A stretch of 64,000 bases of DNA, taken from Gemmatimonadota bacterium (GTDB lineage: Bacteria > Gemmatimonadota > Gemmatimonadetes > Gemmatimonadales > GWC2-71-9). The notes beneath the pieces were generated by a model, which was given only the letters and a program-made list of their open reading frames with translations, was not told the origin of the DNA and searched no databases. Where the stretch lies: positions 27,683 through 91,682 of the forward strand of contig JBGQFX010000005.1 of assembly GCA_041497135.1 (NCBI GenBank), written 5' to 3'. The position numbers and the translations under genes were made by a program. The first letter of the stretch is position 1. Each line of letters starts with the position of its first letter. Below are positions 48,359 through 58,697 of the stretch, in pieces.

Positions 48359-51300
48359 GTATCTCGGGTTTGTTCATCCGTCGGCCGGTGGCCACCACCC
48401 TGGTGATGCTGGCGATTCTGCTGTTCGGCGTGATGGGCTACCGGCTGCTCCCGGTGAGCGATCTGCCGAACGTGGATTTCCCCACGATCCAGGTCTCCGC
48501 GGGGCTCCCGGGGGCGAACCCCGAGACAATGGCCGCGGCGGTGGCGACTCCGCTGGAGAAGCAGTTTTCGACCATCGCCGGCCTGGACGCGATGACGTCG
48601 TCGAGCTTGCAGGGCGGCACATCCATCACGCTGCAGTTCAGTCTGTCGCGGGACATCGACGCCGCCGCTCAAGATGTGCAGGCGGCGATCTCGCAGACGT
48701 TGCGACAGCTCCCGCAGGGGATGCTACCGCCGTCCTTCCGCAAGGTGAATCCGGCCGATTCGCCGATCCTGTTCATGGCCGTCAGCTCGCCCACCCTGTC
48801 ACTGTCCGTGCTGGACGAATACGCACAGACGTTCCTGGCGCAACGGATTTCCACCGTGGACGGCGTGGCGCAGGTGCAGGTGTTCGGCTCCCAGAAATAC
48901 GCCGTCCGCGTGCAGATCGACCCACAGGCGCTGCTGGCGCGGGGCATCGGCATCGACGAGGTGGCGGCCGCCGTGGACGCGGGCAACCCCAACGTGCCCA
49001 CCGGCATTCTGTGGGGGCCGCATCGCGCCTACACCGTGCTCTCCGACGGCCAGATTTCGAGCGCGCCGGAGTTCCGGCAGCTCGTCGTGACCTATCGCAA
49101 CGGGGCCCCGGTGCGACTGCAGGACGTGGCCCGGGTGCTGGACGACGTACAGGACAACAAGACGGCGAGCTGGTTCGACGGCGCCCGCGCCATCATGCTC
49201 GCGGTGCAGCGGCAACCCGGCACCAACACGGTGGCAGTGGCCGACGCCGTGTCGCGCACCATCGCGGCACTCGGCCCGCAGCTCCCCGGATCGGTGCGGG
49301 TGCAAACGCTGTACGATCGCTCGCAGGCAATCCGCGACTCGGTCCACGACGTGAAGCTGACCCTGTTCATCACGTTGTGCCTGGTGGTCCTCGTCATCTT
49401 CCTGTTCCTGCGCAACCTCTCCGCGACGGTGATCCCGAGTCTCGCCCTGCCGTTGTCGATCGTGGGCACGTTCGCCGCGATGTACCTGCTGGGGTACAGT
49501 CTGGACAATCTCTCGCTGATGGCGCTGACGCTGTCGGTCGGGTTCGTGGTGGACGACGCCATCGTGATGCTCGAGAACATCGTGCGTCACATGGAAATGG
49601 GGAAGCGCCCGATGCAGGCCGCCCTCGACGGGGCGCGCGAGATCGGCTTCACCATCGTTTCGATGACGCTGTCGTTGTCGGCCGTGTTCATCCCCGTGCT
49701 GTTCATGGGCGGCATCATCGGCCGGTTGTTCCATGAGTTCGCCGTGACGATCGGCGTCGCGATCCTCGTATCCGGATTCGTCTCCCTGACGTTGACGCCC
49801 ATGCTCGCGAGCCGGTTCCTGCGTCCGCCCGGTGAGCAGCGTCACGGTCGCTTCTATGAGGCCACCGAACGGGCCTACCGCCGAGTGCTCGGCGTGTATG
49901 AGCGCAGTCTCGCCTGGGTCATGGACCACCGGCCGGCCGCCCTCGCGTTCTCAGTCGCGATTCTCGCCGGCACCGTGGCATTGTTCGCCCTCGTGCCGAA
50001 AGGGTTCATCCCGACGGAGGACATCGGGTTCATCTCGGGCACAACGGAAACCCTGGAGGGCAGCTCCTACGACGCGATGGTGAGTCACCAGCAGCAGGTA
50101 GCGGCGGTGCTCGCACAGGATCCCAACGTTGCCCACTTCATGTCGACCGTCGGCGGCGGCACGATGAATCAGGGCCAGGTGCGCATCCGGCTCACGCCGC
50201 GCAGCGAGCGCGTCAGCGCCGACGAGGTCATCCGGGAGCTTCAGCCCAAGCTCGCCGCGATCCCCGGCATTCGGACGTTCCTGCAGGTGCCGCCGGTGAT
50301 CCGCGTCGGCGGCCGCTCCAGCAAGACGCTGTATCAGTTCACGCTGCAAAGCTCGGACGTGCAGTCGTTGTACGACAACGCCGCGGCGCTCGAAACGAAA
50401 CTGCGCGCCGTCCCCATGCTTCGCGACGTTACCACCGATCTCCAGATCAAGAACCCGCAGGTCGAGGTGCACATCGACCGCGACCGCGTCGCCTCCCTGG
50501 GCCTCACCGTCGAGCAGGTGGAGCAGGCGCTCTACGACGCCTACGGGGCGCACCAGGTCTCGACGATTCTCACCCCCAACAATCAGTATTGGGTGATTCT
50601 CGAGCTGTTGCCGCAGTACCAGCGGGACCTGTCGGCCTTGAACCTGCTCTACATCCGTTCACCGCAGGGACCGCTGGTCCCCCTCTCCTCGGTGGCGAGC
50701 GTGACTCCCGATGTGGGGCCGCTGAGCGTGAACCACAGCGGCCAGATGCCATCGGTCACTCTGTCGTTCAACCTCGCGCCCGGGGCGTCCTTGGGGGAGG
50801 CGGTGACCGCGGTCCAGCGGCTCGCGAACCAGACGCTGCCTTCGACCATCAGCACCGGGTTCTCCGGGACGGCCCAGGCGTTTCAGGCCAGCCAGCAGGG
50901 TCTGGTGTTCCTGCTGCTGCTCGCGGTGCTGGTGATCTACATCGTGCTGGGCATTCTCTACGAGAGCTTCATTCACCCCTTGACCATTCTCTCGGGGCTG
51001 CCGTTCGCCGGTTTCGGCGCACTGCTCACGCTGCTACTGTTCCGCACCGAGCTCAGTATCTACGCCTTCGTCGGCATCATCATGCTGGTAGGACTGGTGA
51101 AGAAGAACGCCATCATGATGATCGACTTCGCGATCGAAGCGGAGCGGCGTGACAACAAGTCCGCGCGCGATGCGATTCTCGAAGCGTGCAGTGTGCGGTT
51201 CCGGCCCATTATGATGACGACGATGGCGGCCCTGATGGGTACGCTGCCGATCGCCATTGGCTGGGGGGCCGGGGCTGAATCGCGGCGCCCCTTGGGACTA

Positions 51301-51453
51301 GCCGTGGTCGGGGGCTTGGCCTTCTCACAGCTCGTGACGCTGTACGTCACCCCCATGTTCTATACCTACCTCGACGCGTTGCAGCACCGTCTGGGGCACC
51401 TGCGCCGACCGGCGGCTGGTCCCGGCCCTGTCCCGGAACCGTCTCGCCTCTGA
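48355..51453 (+). CDS. RND efflux transporter permease (AcrB/MdtB/C-type)
   Basis: 1032 aa. MSISGLFIRRPVATTLVMLAILLFG...DLPNVDFPTIQV...VVDDAIVMLENI... ATGA overlap with the adaptor gene. Confidence 0.9.
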   Translation: MSISGLFIRRPVATTLVMLAILLFGVMGYRLLPVSDLPNVDFPTIQVSAGLPGANPETMAAAVATPLEKQFSTIAGLDAMTSSSLQGGTSITLQFSLSRDIDAAAQDVQAAISQTLRQLPQGMLPPSFRKVNPADSPILFMAVSSPTLSLSVLDEYAQTFLAQRISTVDGVAQVQVFGSQKYAVRVQIDPQALLARGIGIDEVAAAVDAGNPNVPTGILWGPHRAYTVLSDGQISSAPEFRQLVVTYRNGAPVRLQDVARVLDDVQDNKTASWFDGARAIMLAVQRQPGTNTVAVADAVSRTIAALGPQLPGSVRVQTLYDRSQAIRDSVHDVKLTLFITLCLVVLVIFLFLRNLSATVIPSLALPLSIVGTFAAMYLLGYSLDNLSLMALTLSVGFVVDDAIVMLENIVRHMEMGKRPMQAALDGAREIGFTIVSMTLSLSAVFIPVLFMGGIIGRLFHEFAVTIGVAILVSGFVSLTLTPMLASRFLRPPGEQRHGRFYEATERAYRRVLGVYERSLAWVMDHRPAALAFSVAILAGTVALFALVPKGFIPTEDIGFISGTTETLEGSSYDAMVSHQQQVAAVLAQDPNVAHFMSTVGGGTMNQGQVRIRLTPRSERVSADEVIRELQPKLAAIPGIRTFLQVPPVIRVGGRSSKTLYQFTLQSSDVQSLYDNAAALETKLRAVPMLRDVTTDLQIKNPQVEVHIDRDRVASLGLTVEQVEQALYDAYGAHQVSTILTPNNQYWVILELLPQYQRDLSALNLLYIRSPQGPLVPLSSVASVTPDVGPLSVNHSGQMPSVTLSFNLAPGASLGEAVTAVQRLANQTLPSTISTGFSGTAQAFQASQQGLVFLLLLAVLVIYIVLGILYESFIHPLTILSGLPFAGFGALLTLLLFRTELSIYAFVGIIMLVGLVKKNAIMMIDFAIEAERRDNKSARDAILEACSVRFRPIMMTTMAALMGTLPIAIGWGAGAESRRPLGLAVVGGLAFSQLVTLYVTPMFYTYLDALQHRLGHLRRPAAGPGPVPEPSRL

Positions 51454-51465
51454 CCGCGTCGCGCC

Positions 51466-54012
51466 TCACTCGCTGAGCTCGCGCCACACCGCGAGCGGCG
51501 GCTTCGAGAGCGCCGTGCGACTGTTGGCCAGCCCGACCGCCGCCACGAGCCCGACCACCGCGGCCCACACACCGGCCAATGCCAACGAGGGCAGTCGGAA
51601 GCGCAGCTCGAACAGCCGCGCCACGAGCGCCCACCCGGCCACACCCGCCAGCAGCACTCCAGTCAGGGCGGCCAGGGAGCCCCAGGCGAAGTACTCGGTG
51701 AGAAAAATGCGGCGGACCTGCCCGGCGCTGGCGCCAATGGTTTTCAGCAGCACCGCCTCGCGGATGCGCTGCAACCGCGACGCCGTCAGCGCGCCGACCA
51801 GGATCACGAGCCCGCTGCCGATCGAGAACAGCGCCATGAACCGGATCGCGAGCGTCACCTTGGAGACGATGCCGTCCAGCGCCTGCTGCACCAGCGTGAG
51901 ATCGAGGGAGACCACGTTGGGGTAGGCGATCACGATGTCGCGCTGCAGCTCGGCGCGCCGCGTGGCGTCGCCCTCCCGGGCCAGCAACACGAAGGTCTGT
52001 GGGGCGCGTTCCAGCACGCCGGGCTCGAACACAACGAAGAAGTTGGGCTCGAACCGCGCCCAGCTCACCTGGCGCAGACTCGCGATCCGGGTCTCTATCA
52101 GGACGCCCTGCACGTTCCACGTGATGCGATCGCCCACGCGGACCCCCACCTCGGTCGCCAGCTCCTCTTCAACGGAGATGCGCGGGAGCTCGCCCTCCCG
52201 CCGCGCGGCGCTCCGCCCCCACCACGCTCCCGCCGTGAGGCGCTCCGAGCTTACCAGGGTGTCGCGATAGGTGTTGCGATAGTCCCGCCGTAACGCCCAG
52301 CGGTTCGGCCCCCGGCCCAGCGAATCGGCCGTCACAGAGTCGGTGGGGTGTCCGTTCACGCGCGCGATCCGCGCCGGCACGATTGGCGTGACCCCGAGGG
52401 GGCTCACCCCGTGGCCGGTGAACACCCCGACCACGCCGTCCCGCTGATCTCTCTGTACGTCGAAGAACACGAGGTTGGGCCGGTCCGGTCGCGAGTCGAG
52501 CGCGAGCTGGTCCAGGAGATTCCGCTGCACGACGTACAGCGTCGCGATGAGAAAGACGCCGAACCCGATCGCGAGAATGACGGCCGTGGTCTGGTTCTGC
52601 GGGCGGAACAGGTTGGCGATTCCCTGCCGGACGACGTAGCTCGCGCGGCGCGGGAACCAGCGCCGGGTTGCCCACATCAGACTCCGGGCCGTGAGCCACA
52701 GCAGGGCCGTGGTGACGAGGACGCCGCCCGCGAACGCGAGGCCTGCCTCACGGCGCTGGGCCTGCCAGACGGACAGCGCGACAAGCCCGACGAGCAGCGC
52801 GCCGTACGCGACCCAGCTCCACAAACGGGTCGCACGGCTCCCGCTGCCGAGCTCGCGGCGCAGGGCCCGCAGGGGACTCACGGCCTGGAGCCGGAGCAGC
52901 GGCGGCAAGGCGAACAGCGCCGCTGTCCCCGCGCCGATGCCGAGCCCGGCGACGACCGGGGTCCACTGGAGCGACACCGCTACATCGAGCGGCAGCAATC
53001 CGCCCAGCACCGCAGGGAGCGCGGCCTGCACGATCAGACCCAGAACGACGCCGGCACCCGCGCCCACGAGACCCAGCGCGATTGCCTGGAGTAGATAGAC
53101 GGCCAGCACCGTGCGCTGCCGCGCACCGAGGCAGCGGAGCAGGGCGGCGCTGTCGAGCTTGTCGCCGACGAAGACGTTCACGGCACTGCCCACGCCCAGG
53201 CCGCCGAGCAGCAGCGCCACGAGCCCGACGAGACCGAGATAGCGCGCCAGCCGTCCCAGTGCCCGCGTCAGATCCTCTTCCTGCTCGGCCACGGTCTCGT
53301 TGCCGATCCGGTATCGCTGGAACAGCGCGTTATGGCGATTGAGAAACCGCTGCACCGTGGCGTCCGGCAATTCGAGGTACGCACGGTACTGCGCGAGGCT
53401 GCCGAATCGCAGCAGGTTGGTCTCCTCCAGGTACTGGGCCGGCAGGAAGACACGTGGGCCGATCGCGGTCCACAGCGCGGCATCGCCGGGGGCGCCGCTG
53501 ACCACGCCGGCCACTACGAAACGGGCGTCGCCCACGTGTACCGTGTCGCCGACGCGGGCGCCGAGGGACACGAGCACGGCGGGGTCTACGAGGACCGCCC
53601 GCGCCGCGCGGAATGTGGTCCAGAGACCGGGCGGATCGGTCGTCACGATTCCATAGAAGGGGAAATCGCCGGACACCGCGCGGACCTCGACCAACCGGGT
53701 GCGGCCCGTCCGCTGGGCGAGCACCATTGACGCGAAGCTCGTCACCCGGGCGAGTCGGACGCCCGAGCGGCGCACCGAGTCGAGCACAGCCTCGACGGAG
53801 TCGGGGAAAGCCGCTCGGGAGCGGAGCTCGAGGTCGGCACCGAGCAGGGTGCGCGCCTGCGCGTGCACGGAGGTCCTGACGTTCGCGCCGAACGAGTTGA
53901 TCGCCACCAGGGCGGCGACGCCGAGACTCACCGAGCTCAGATAGAGTGCCAGCCGCCGCCGGCTGCCGCGGCTCTCACGCCACGCGAGAACGAGCGCGAA
54001 CGGCGGCCTCAC
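51466..54012 (-). CDS. ABC transporter permease with two FtsX domains (YbbP/MacB-like)
   Basis: 848 aa with duplicated 4-TM FtsX-type regions. GTGA overlap with the ATPase gene. Confidence 0.8.
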   Translation of the reverse strand: MRPPFALVLAWRESRGSRRRLALYLSSVSLGVAALVAINSFGANVRTSVHAQARTLLGADLELRSRAAFPDSVEAVLDSVRRSGVRLARVTSFASMVLAQRTGRTRLVEVRAVSGDFPFYGIVTTDPPGLWTTFRAARAVLVDPAVLVSLGARVGDTVHVGDARFVVAGVVSGAPGDAALWTAIGPRVFLPAQYLEETNLLRFGSLAQYRAYLELPDATVQRFLNRHNALFQRYRIGNETVAEQEEDLTRALGRLARYLGLVGLVALLLGGLGVGSAVNVFVGDKLDSAALLRCLGARQRTVLAVYLLQAIALGLVGAGAGVVLGLIVQAALPAVLGGLLPLDVAVSLQWTPVVAGLGIGAGTAALFALPPLLRLQAVSPLRALRRELGSGSRATRLWSWVAYGALLVGLVALSVWQAQRREAGLAFAGGVLVTTALLWLTARSLMWATRRWFPRRASYVVRQGIANLFRPQNQTTAVILAIGFGVFLIATLYVVQRNLLDQLALDSRPDRPNLVFFDVQRDQRDGVVGVFTGHGVSPLGVTPIVPARIARVNGHPTDSVTADSLGRGPNRWALRRDYRNTYRDTLVSSERLTAGAWWGRSAARREGELPRISVEEELATEVGVRVGDRITWNVQGVLIETRIASLRQVSWARFEPNFFVVFEPGVLERAPQTFVLLAREGDATRRAELQRDIVIAYPNVVSLDLTLVQQALDGIVSKVTLAIRFMALFSIGSGLVILVGALTASRLQRIREAVLLKTIGASAGQVRRIFLTEYFAWGSLAALTGVLLAGVAGWALVARLFELRFRLPSLALAGVWAAVVGLVAAVGLANSRTALSKPPLAVWRELSE

Positions 54013-54701
54013 GCTCCCTCCGTGCGCGTGTCGGAGACAATGGTTCCGCCGGCGAGCCGGATCACCCGCCGCGCGCGCGCGGCCAGCGCGGGATCGTGCG
54101 TGACGAGCACGAGCGTTGTACCGGCGTCGCGGTTCAGCTCGACCAGCAGATCGATCACCGCCCGGCCGGTCTCGGCGTCGAGGCTGCCGGTCGGCTCATC
54201 GGCGAGCAGCACCTTGGGCTCAGCCGCGAACGCCCGCGCTACCCCCACCCGTTGCTGCTCGCCGCCCGACAACTGCGCCGGGTAATGGTCCAAGCGGTCG
54301 CCTAGGCCGACGCGCTCGAGCAGCTGCCGGGCGCGCGTCGCGGCCGCCGCCCCATTTCCACGGCCACGCAGCTCGAGCGGGACCAGCACGTTCTCGAGCG
54401 CGGTAAGCGTGGGCATCAGCTGAAAAGTCTGGAATACGAAGCCCACCTTCTCGACCCGCAGCCTGGCGCGGGCGTCTTCGGAGAGGCGGCCGAGATCTTC
54501 CCCGTCCAGCCGGACGACGCCCCGCGTCGGGCGGTCGAGCCCGGCGAGCAGGCCAAGCAAGGTGGTCTTCCCGCTCCCCGACGGGCCCATCACCGCCACG
54601 AACTCTCGCGGCGCGATCGCGAGGTTAATTTGCCGCAGCACGGTGAGCGGCCGGCCGCCGCTCAGGTACGTCTGCTCCAAGTCACGGGCTTCGATGATCA
54701 T
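54009..54701 (-). CDS. ABC transporter ATP-binding protein (YbbA/LolD-like)
   Basis: [11 protein letters not shown] (Walker A), [14 protein letters not shown] (signature), [11 protein letters not shown] (Walker B). Confidence 0.9.
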   Translation of the reverse strand: MIIEARDLEQTYLSGGRPLTVLRQINLAIAPREFVAVMGPSGSGKTTLLGLLAGLDRPTRGVVRLDGEDLGRLSEDARARLRVEKVGFVFQTFQLMPTLTALENVLVPLELRGRGNGAAAATRARQLLERVGLGDRLDHYPAQLSGGEQQRVGVARAFAAEPKVLLADEPTGSLDAETGRAVIDLLVELNRDAGTTLVLVTHDPALAARARRVIRLAGGTIVSDTRTEGA

Positions 54702-55440
54702 GCGGCGAATGATAGTGGGCGCGATGCTGGTGTGGCTCGGCGCGGCCTGCGGCACGCGGCGAGATGATGACGCGTCGTCCTCCCGCCTGCCACGGGACAC
54801 GGCGTCGCTCACGCCGGCGCCAGACGCTCGGCCCGTGGTGCTGTGCTTCGGGACCAGCCTCACGGCCGGCGCGGGCCTCGCGCCCGAAGAAGCGTATCCC
54901 GCCCTCCTGCAGCATAAGGTCGACTCGGCGGGACTCGGGTTCCGGGTCGTGAACGCCGGCGTGAGCGGCGAGACCGCCGCTGCCGGCCTGCGACGCATCG
55001 ATTGGCTGCTCGACCAGCCGGTTGGCGTGCTGCTCCTGGAGCTCGGCGCCAACGACGCGTTGCGCGGCCAGGATCTGGCGGATGCGAAGCACAACCTCCA
55101 GCAGATCATCGACCGCACCCGTGCGCGCTATCCCCGCGTGCGCTTGGTGGTCGCCGGGATGGAGGCGCCGCCCAACCTGGGGCGTCGCTACACGCGGGAG
55201 TTCCGCGATCTGTTCGTGGCTCTGGCGCGCAAGAACGACGCGGTGCTGATCCCGTTTCTGCTCGAAGGCGTGGCGGGGCAGGCGGAGCTCAACCAGGCAG
55301 ACGGCATCCACCCCACCGCAGCGGGGGCGCGCAAAGTGGCGGACCACGTCTGGAAGGTGTTGGAGCCGGTGCTGCGCGCGGTTGGCTCGAGCGGCTCCAG
55401 GCCCGCAAACGGGCGAAACGACCAAGGGTCTGGCCCGTAG
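54694..55440 (+). CDS. SGNH/GDSL hydrolase (TesA/arylesterase-like), secreted
   Basis: VVLCFGTSLTAG (block I, Ser), GANDALRG (block III), DGIHPTAAG (block V). Start is ATG 54694, 54700 or 54709. The upstream part of the track ORF is antisense to the ATPase gene. Confidence 0.8.
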   Translation: MIMRRMIVGAMLVWLGAACGTRRDDDASSSRLPRDTASLTPAPDARPVVLCFGTSLTAGAGLAPEEAYPALLQHKVDSAGLGFRVVNAGVSGETAAAGLRRIDWLLDQPVGVLLLELGANDALRGQDLADAKHNLQQIIDRTRARYPRVRLVVAGMEAPPNLGRRYTREFRDLFVALARKNDAVLIPFLLEGVAGQAELNQADGIHPTAAGARKVADHVWKVLEPVLRAVGSSGSRPANGRNDQGSGP

Positions 55441-55446
55441 GACGAC

Positions 55447-57036
55447 GTGGACATGACGCCACCGATGACCGCCGAATACCTGGCCCTCCAAGAGGTGCTG
55501 GCCGGCCGCTACTCGATCGAGCGCGAGCTCGGGCGAGGCGGTATGGGGATCGTGCTGCTCGCCCGCGACGTGGCGCTCGACCGTCCGGTGGCGATCAAGC
55601 TCCTGCCTCCCCACCTGGCGGAGAGCCCCGCCGAGCGGGACCGCTTCCTCAAGGAAGCACGGACGGCGGCGGGCCTCTCGCATCCGAACATCGTGCCGAT
55701 TCACCTGGTCGAAGCACGGGGCGAGCTGGTGTACTTCGTGATGGGCTACGTGGACGGTGAGACGTTGCGGGAGCGGGTGGAGCGTGCCGGGCCGCTCGCG
55801 CCCCGGCTGGCGATGAAGTTGCTGCAGGAAGTGGCGTGGGCGTTGGCCTACGCGCACCAGCGCGGGGTCATCCACCGGGACGTGAAGCCCGACAACATCA
55901 TGATCGAGCGCGCCACCGATCGCGCCCTCGTCACCGATTTCGGGATCGCGCTCGGCGCCAGGGATGCGGATAGTCCCAGCGGTCCGGTCGTCGGGACGGC
56001 GCGCTACATGAGTCCCGAGCAAGCGTGCGGCGAGCCAGTGGACGCGCGCAGTGACCTGTACTCCCTGGGCGCGACATTCTTCTACGCACTCACCGGTCGG
56101 GCGCCGTTTGAGGGATCCAATCTCCCCGCGATCCTTACGAAACAAGTTTCCGAGGCCGCGCCCCTCGTCCAGGTGATCCGGCCGGAGGTACCGGCCAAAC
56201 TCGCGGCCGTGATCGATCGCTGCCTTCGGAAGGCCCTCGCCGACCGGCTCCAGACGGGCGATGACGTGGCGCGGGTGGTGGGGGAGGCGCGGGGACGGGA
56301 GTTTCGCGCCCCGCCGCTGGTGCGCGCCTTCATGCGGAACGCGCAGGTCTCGACGATGGTGCTCCTGGCGATGGCATTGGCGGGCCAGAGTGTGACCGCG
56401 AGCCGCACGGGGGTGACCGTTTCATTCGGGGGCCCCGGACTGATCGGGATCATCCTCGTCTTCCAGCTGGTCGTGGTGGCGCGCCGGCTGTTGAAGGACG
56501 GTTACGCCTTCGGCGATATTCGGGCCGCCCTGCTCGCCGAAGGACAGGTGCAGGCGGAAGAGACCGAGGTCATCAAGCAGCGACGTTGGGTCAGGCGGCT
56601 CGAGACCTTTTGGTACCGGCTGTGGGCCGGGAGAATGGGGCGCTGGTTCTTCCGCATGGCTGGGATGGGCGTCAAGGTGTCCGGTCGGCAGGCACTCCCA
56701 TCGGTCGAGCGGACGGAGCTGGTGCTCGGACGCTCGGCACTCTCTGCCTACAAGGCGCTTCCCGATGCCGAGCGGCACCAGGCACCAGACGTCCCCCGCG
56801 TGCTCGAACGGCTGGAAGCGGGGGCGGAGGCGCTGCGGGAACGCGGCGACACCGGTGAGCGGCTGACTGAGGCTGTGGCTGCGCTCGAACACCTGCGGCT
56901 CGCTCTTTTCCGGCTGCAGACGGGGGTGGGGTCCGTCCCGGATCTCACACTCGCGCTGGAGCGCGCCAAGGAGATCGGCGACCACGTCGATCGCCGGCTC
57001 GCAGCGGTGCGGGAGGTTGAGGGCCTGTTACAGTAG
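55447..57036 (+). CDS. Ser/Thr protein kinase with C-terminal two-TM and helical domain
   Basis: [44 protein letters not shown]. Confidence 0.9.
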   Translation: MDMTPPMTAEYLALQEVLAGRYSIERELGRGGMGIVLLARDVALDRPVAIKLLPPHLAESPAERDRFLKEARTAAGLSHPNIVPIHLVEARGELVYFVMGYVDGETLRERVERAGPLAPRLAMKLLQEVAWALAYAHQRGVIHRDVKPDNIMIERATDRALVTDFGIALGARDADSPSGPVVGTARYMSPEQACGEPVDARSDLYSLGATFFYALTGRAPFEGSNLPAILTKQVSEAAPLVQVIRPEVPAKLAAVIDRCLRKALADRLQTGDDVARVVGEARGREFRAPPLVRAFMRNAQVSTMVLLAMALAGQSVTASRTGVTVSFGGPGLIGIILVFQLVVVARRLLKDGYAFGDIRAALLAEGQVQAEETEVIKQRRWVRRLETFWYRLWAGRMGRWFFRMAGMGVKVSGRQALPSVERTELVLGRSALSAYKALPDAERHQAPDVPRVLERLEAGAEALRERGDTGERLTEAVAALEHLRLALFRLQTGVGSVPDLTLALERAKEIGDHVDRRLAAVREVEGLLQ

Positions 57037-57111
57037 GTGCTGTCTCGGCTCCCGGCGGAGTGAGCACCCGGGGGGTGATCTCCCTCACCGAAGCCCATGT
57101 CATCTTAGGGT

Positions 57112-58173
57112 ATGCGATCCACACCCGTGTTCATGGCCCTGGCCACCTGCGCGACCCCGCTCGCCGCCCAGCGGGCGCATCAACTCGAGATCGGCGGCTA
57201 CGGGAGCGTCATCCGGTACGATCATCTGATGAGCCTGAGATGGCGCGTCGGGGCGGGGGCGCGTCTCGGGTACTTCCTCAGTAATGGGCTGGCACTCGAG
57301 ATCGAAGGCGGCCTCGCCCAGCCGAGAACACAGACCCCGCTGGTGTTCACGACGGCACGCTGGGCCAGCGCGAGTGTCGTGCTGAACGTCCGGGCCGGCC
57401 GCAACGCGCCGTACCTCCTGGGCGGCTACACCCGCATCGTTTACGGCGGCGCCAACGACGCCCCCTACAACTTCGGGGACCACGCCATCCACGGCGCCAT
57501 CGGCGACCGGATCACGCTCATCGAGGGTGTCGCGCTCCGACTGGAAGGGCGGGCCATCTTCGCTCCGCGCACGGATTCACGTTTCGGCGGCTCCTGGGCC
57601 GGTCACGTGGTGGGCTCGTTCGGACTGTCGATGTTCGCACTGGGCCGGCGCGCGGGCGACGCCGATCGCGGTCATGCCCGCGCGTCCGTCGTCGACAGTC
57701 TCGACTGCTGTGCGAGCACGACCCGTGGTGCGCAGGTCGATCCGTCGGGATGCCCGCTCGATGCCGACGGGGATGGGGTCGCCGATGCGCTCGATCGCTG
57801 CGCCTCCACGGCCCGGGGCATCGCCGTGGATGCGGCCGGTTGTCCGGTCGCGAGCGCGGACATGAGTCGTCTGTTCGGCGTGATGCGCGGGGTTGGCTTC
57901 GAAGCCGGCGGTTCGGCGTTGACCGCGGGATCCTATGCGGGGCTCAATGACATCGCGGCTGCCCTGATCGCCCACCCGGACGTCCGCGTCGAGATCGCGG
58001 TCTATACGGACGACGCCGGCGTGCCCGGGACGATCGTGCGCCTGACCCAGCTTCGCGCCGAGGTGGTTCGGAGCTATCTGGCGGGACGAGGAGTCGCGTC
58101 GACCGCCGCGTGGAGCTGCACCGGCTGCCGTGAGGGAATCGCGACAACTAGCCACACCGTCCGGGGGTGGTAG
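57112..58173 (+). CDS. OmpA-family outer-membrane protein (beta-barrel + TSP3-type Cys/Asp repeats + OmpA_C-like domain that appears 3'-truncated or frameshifted)
   Basis: Signal MRSTPVFMALATCATPLAAQ. DCCASTTRGAQVDPSGCPLDADGDGVADALDRCAST..GCP. The OmpA_C-like domain reads ...VEIAVYTDDAG...LTQLRAEVVRSYLAGRGVAS, then an atypical tail. Confidence 0.65.
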   Translation: MRSTPVFMALATCATPLAAQRAHQLEIGGYGSVIRYDHLMSLRWRVGAGARLGYFLSNGLALEIEGGLAQPRTQTPLVFTTARWASASVVLNVRAGRNAPYLLGGYTRIVYGGANDAPYNFGDHAIHGAIGDRITLIEGVALRLEGRAIFAPRTDSRFGGSWAGHVVGSFGLSMFALGRRAGDADRGHARASVVDSLDCCASTTRGAQVDPSGCPLDADGDGVADALDRCASTARGIAVDAAGCPVASADMSRLFGVMRGVGFEAGGSALTAGSYAGLNDIAAALIAHPDVRVEIAVYTDDAGVPGTIVRLTQLRAEVVRSYLAGRGVASTAAWSCTGCREGIATTSHTVRGW

Positions 58174-58182
58174 CTTCGGGCC

Positions 58183-58554
58183 ATGGCCCTTGTCGCCACC
58201 GAGTTGACCGTCACGCTGCAGTCCAGCGTCCCCGGAGCGTTGGCGACCGCGCTCGAGGCTATCGCCCGCGCCGGCATCAACGTCGACGCGCTCAATGTGC
58301 GCGAAGGGACCATGCACCTGCTCACCCGGGATGCCCCGGCGACCCAGCGGGCACTGCGTGCGGCCGGCGTGCGGGTCCGGAGCGAGCGTCAGGTGGCCGT
58401 TGTCGAAGTTGACGATCGGCCCGGCGTGGTGGCCGGTCTAATCCGTCGCGTCGCGGAGGCGGGGCTGAACGTGGATTTCAGCTACCTGGCGATCGGCAAT
58501 CGCCTGGTCGTAGGCGGCGACGACCCCCAGAGGATCGCGAAGCTTCTGGCGTAA
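58183..58554 (+). CDS. ACT-domain protein
   Basis: Two beta-alpha-beta-beta-alpha-beta-like halves (LTVTLQSSVPGALATALEAIARAGINVDAL...; VAVVEVDDRPGVVAGLIRRVAEAGLNVDF). Confidence 0.6.
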   Translation: MALVATELTVTLQSSVPGALATALEAIARAGINVDALNVREGTMHLLTRDAPATQRALRAAGVRVRSERQVAVVEVDDRPGVVAGLIRRVAEAGLNVDFSYLAIGNRLVVGGDDPQRIAKLLA

Positions 58555-58697
58555 CGAGATAGCCCGACTGTGCGGCCCGCCCTGTGGCGGACCTCCAACA
58601 TGTGTTCAACATTCTATTTCACATCGAGTTACGTGGCGATCCGCCGCCGGCGCGGCACGGCCCCGGGCTTGCCTGTAGGCATGCCTCCGAGCACTCT

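Noticed and set aside
42631-49929. Long antisense/off-frame ORFs: 42631..44646(+), 44535..46115(-), 45140..46531(+), 46997..48355(-), 48174..49736(+) and 48799..49929(-). Similar cases are 54682..56145(-), 59548..61358(+), 61384..62763(+) and 62968..63933(-).
   Set aside because: Each overlaps a gene with strong family motifs in another frame or strand. Their composition is typical of GC3-driven open frames.
47243-51453. RND adaptor + permease without an adjacent outer-membrane factor gene, considered as an anomaly
   Set aside because: Two-gene RND operons that borrow an unlinked OMF are common, so this is not informative by itself.
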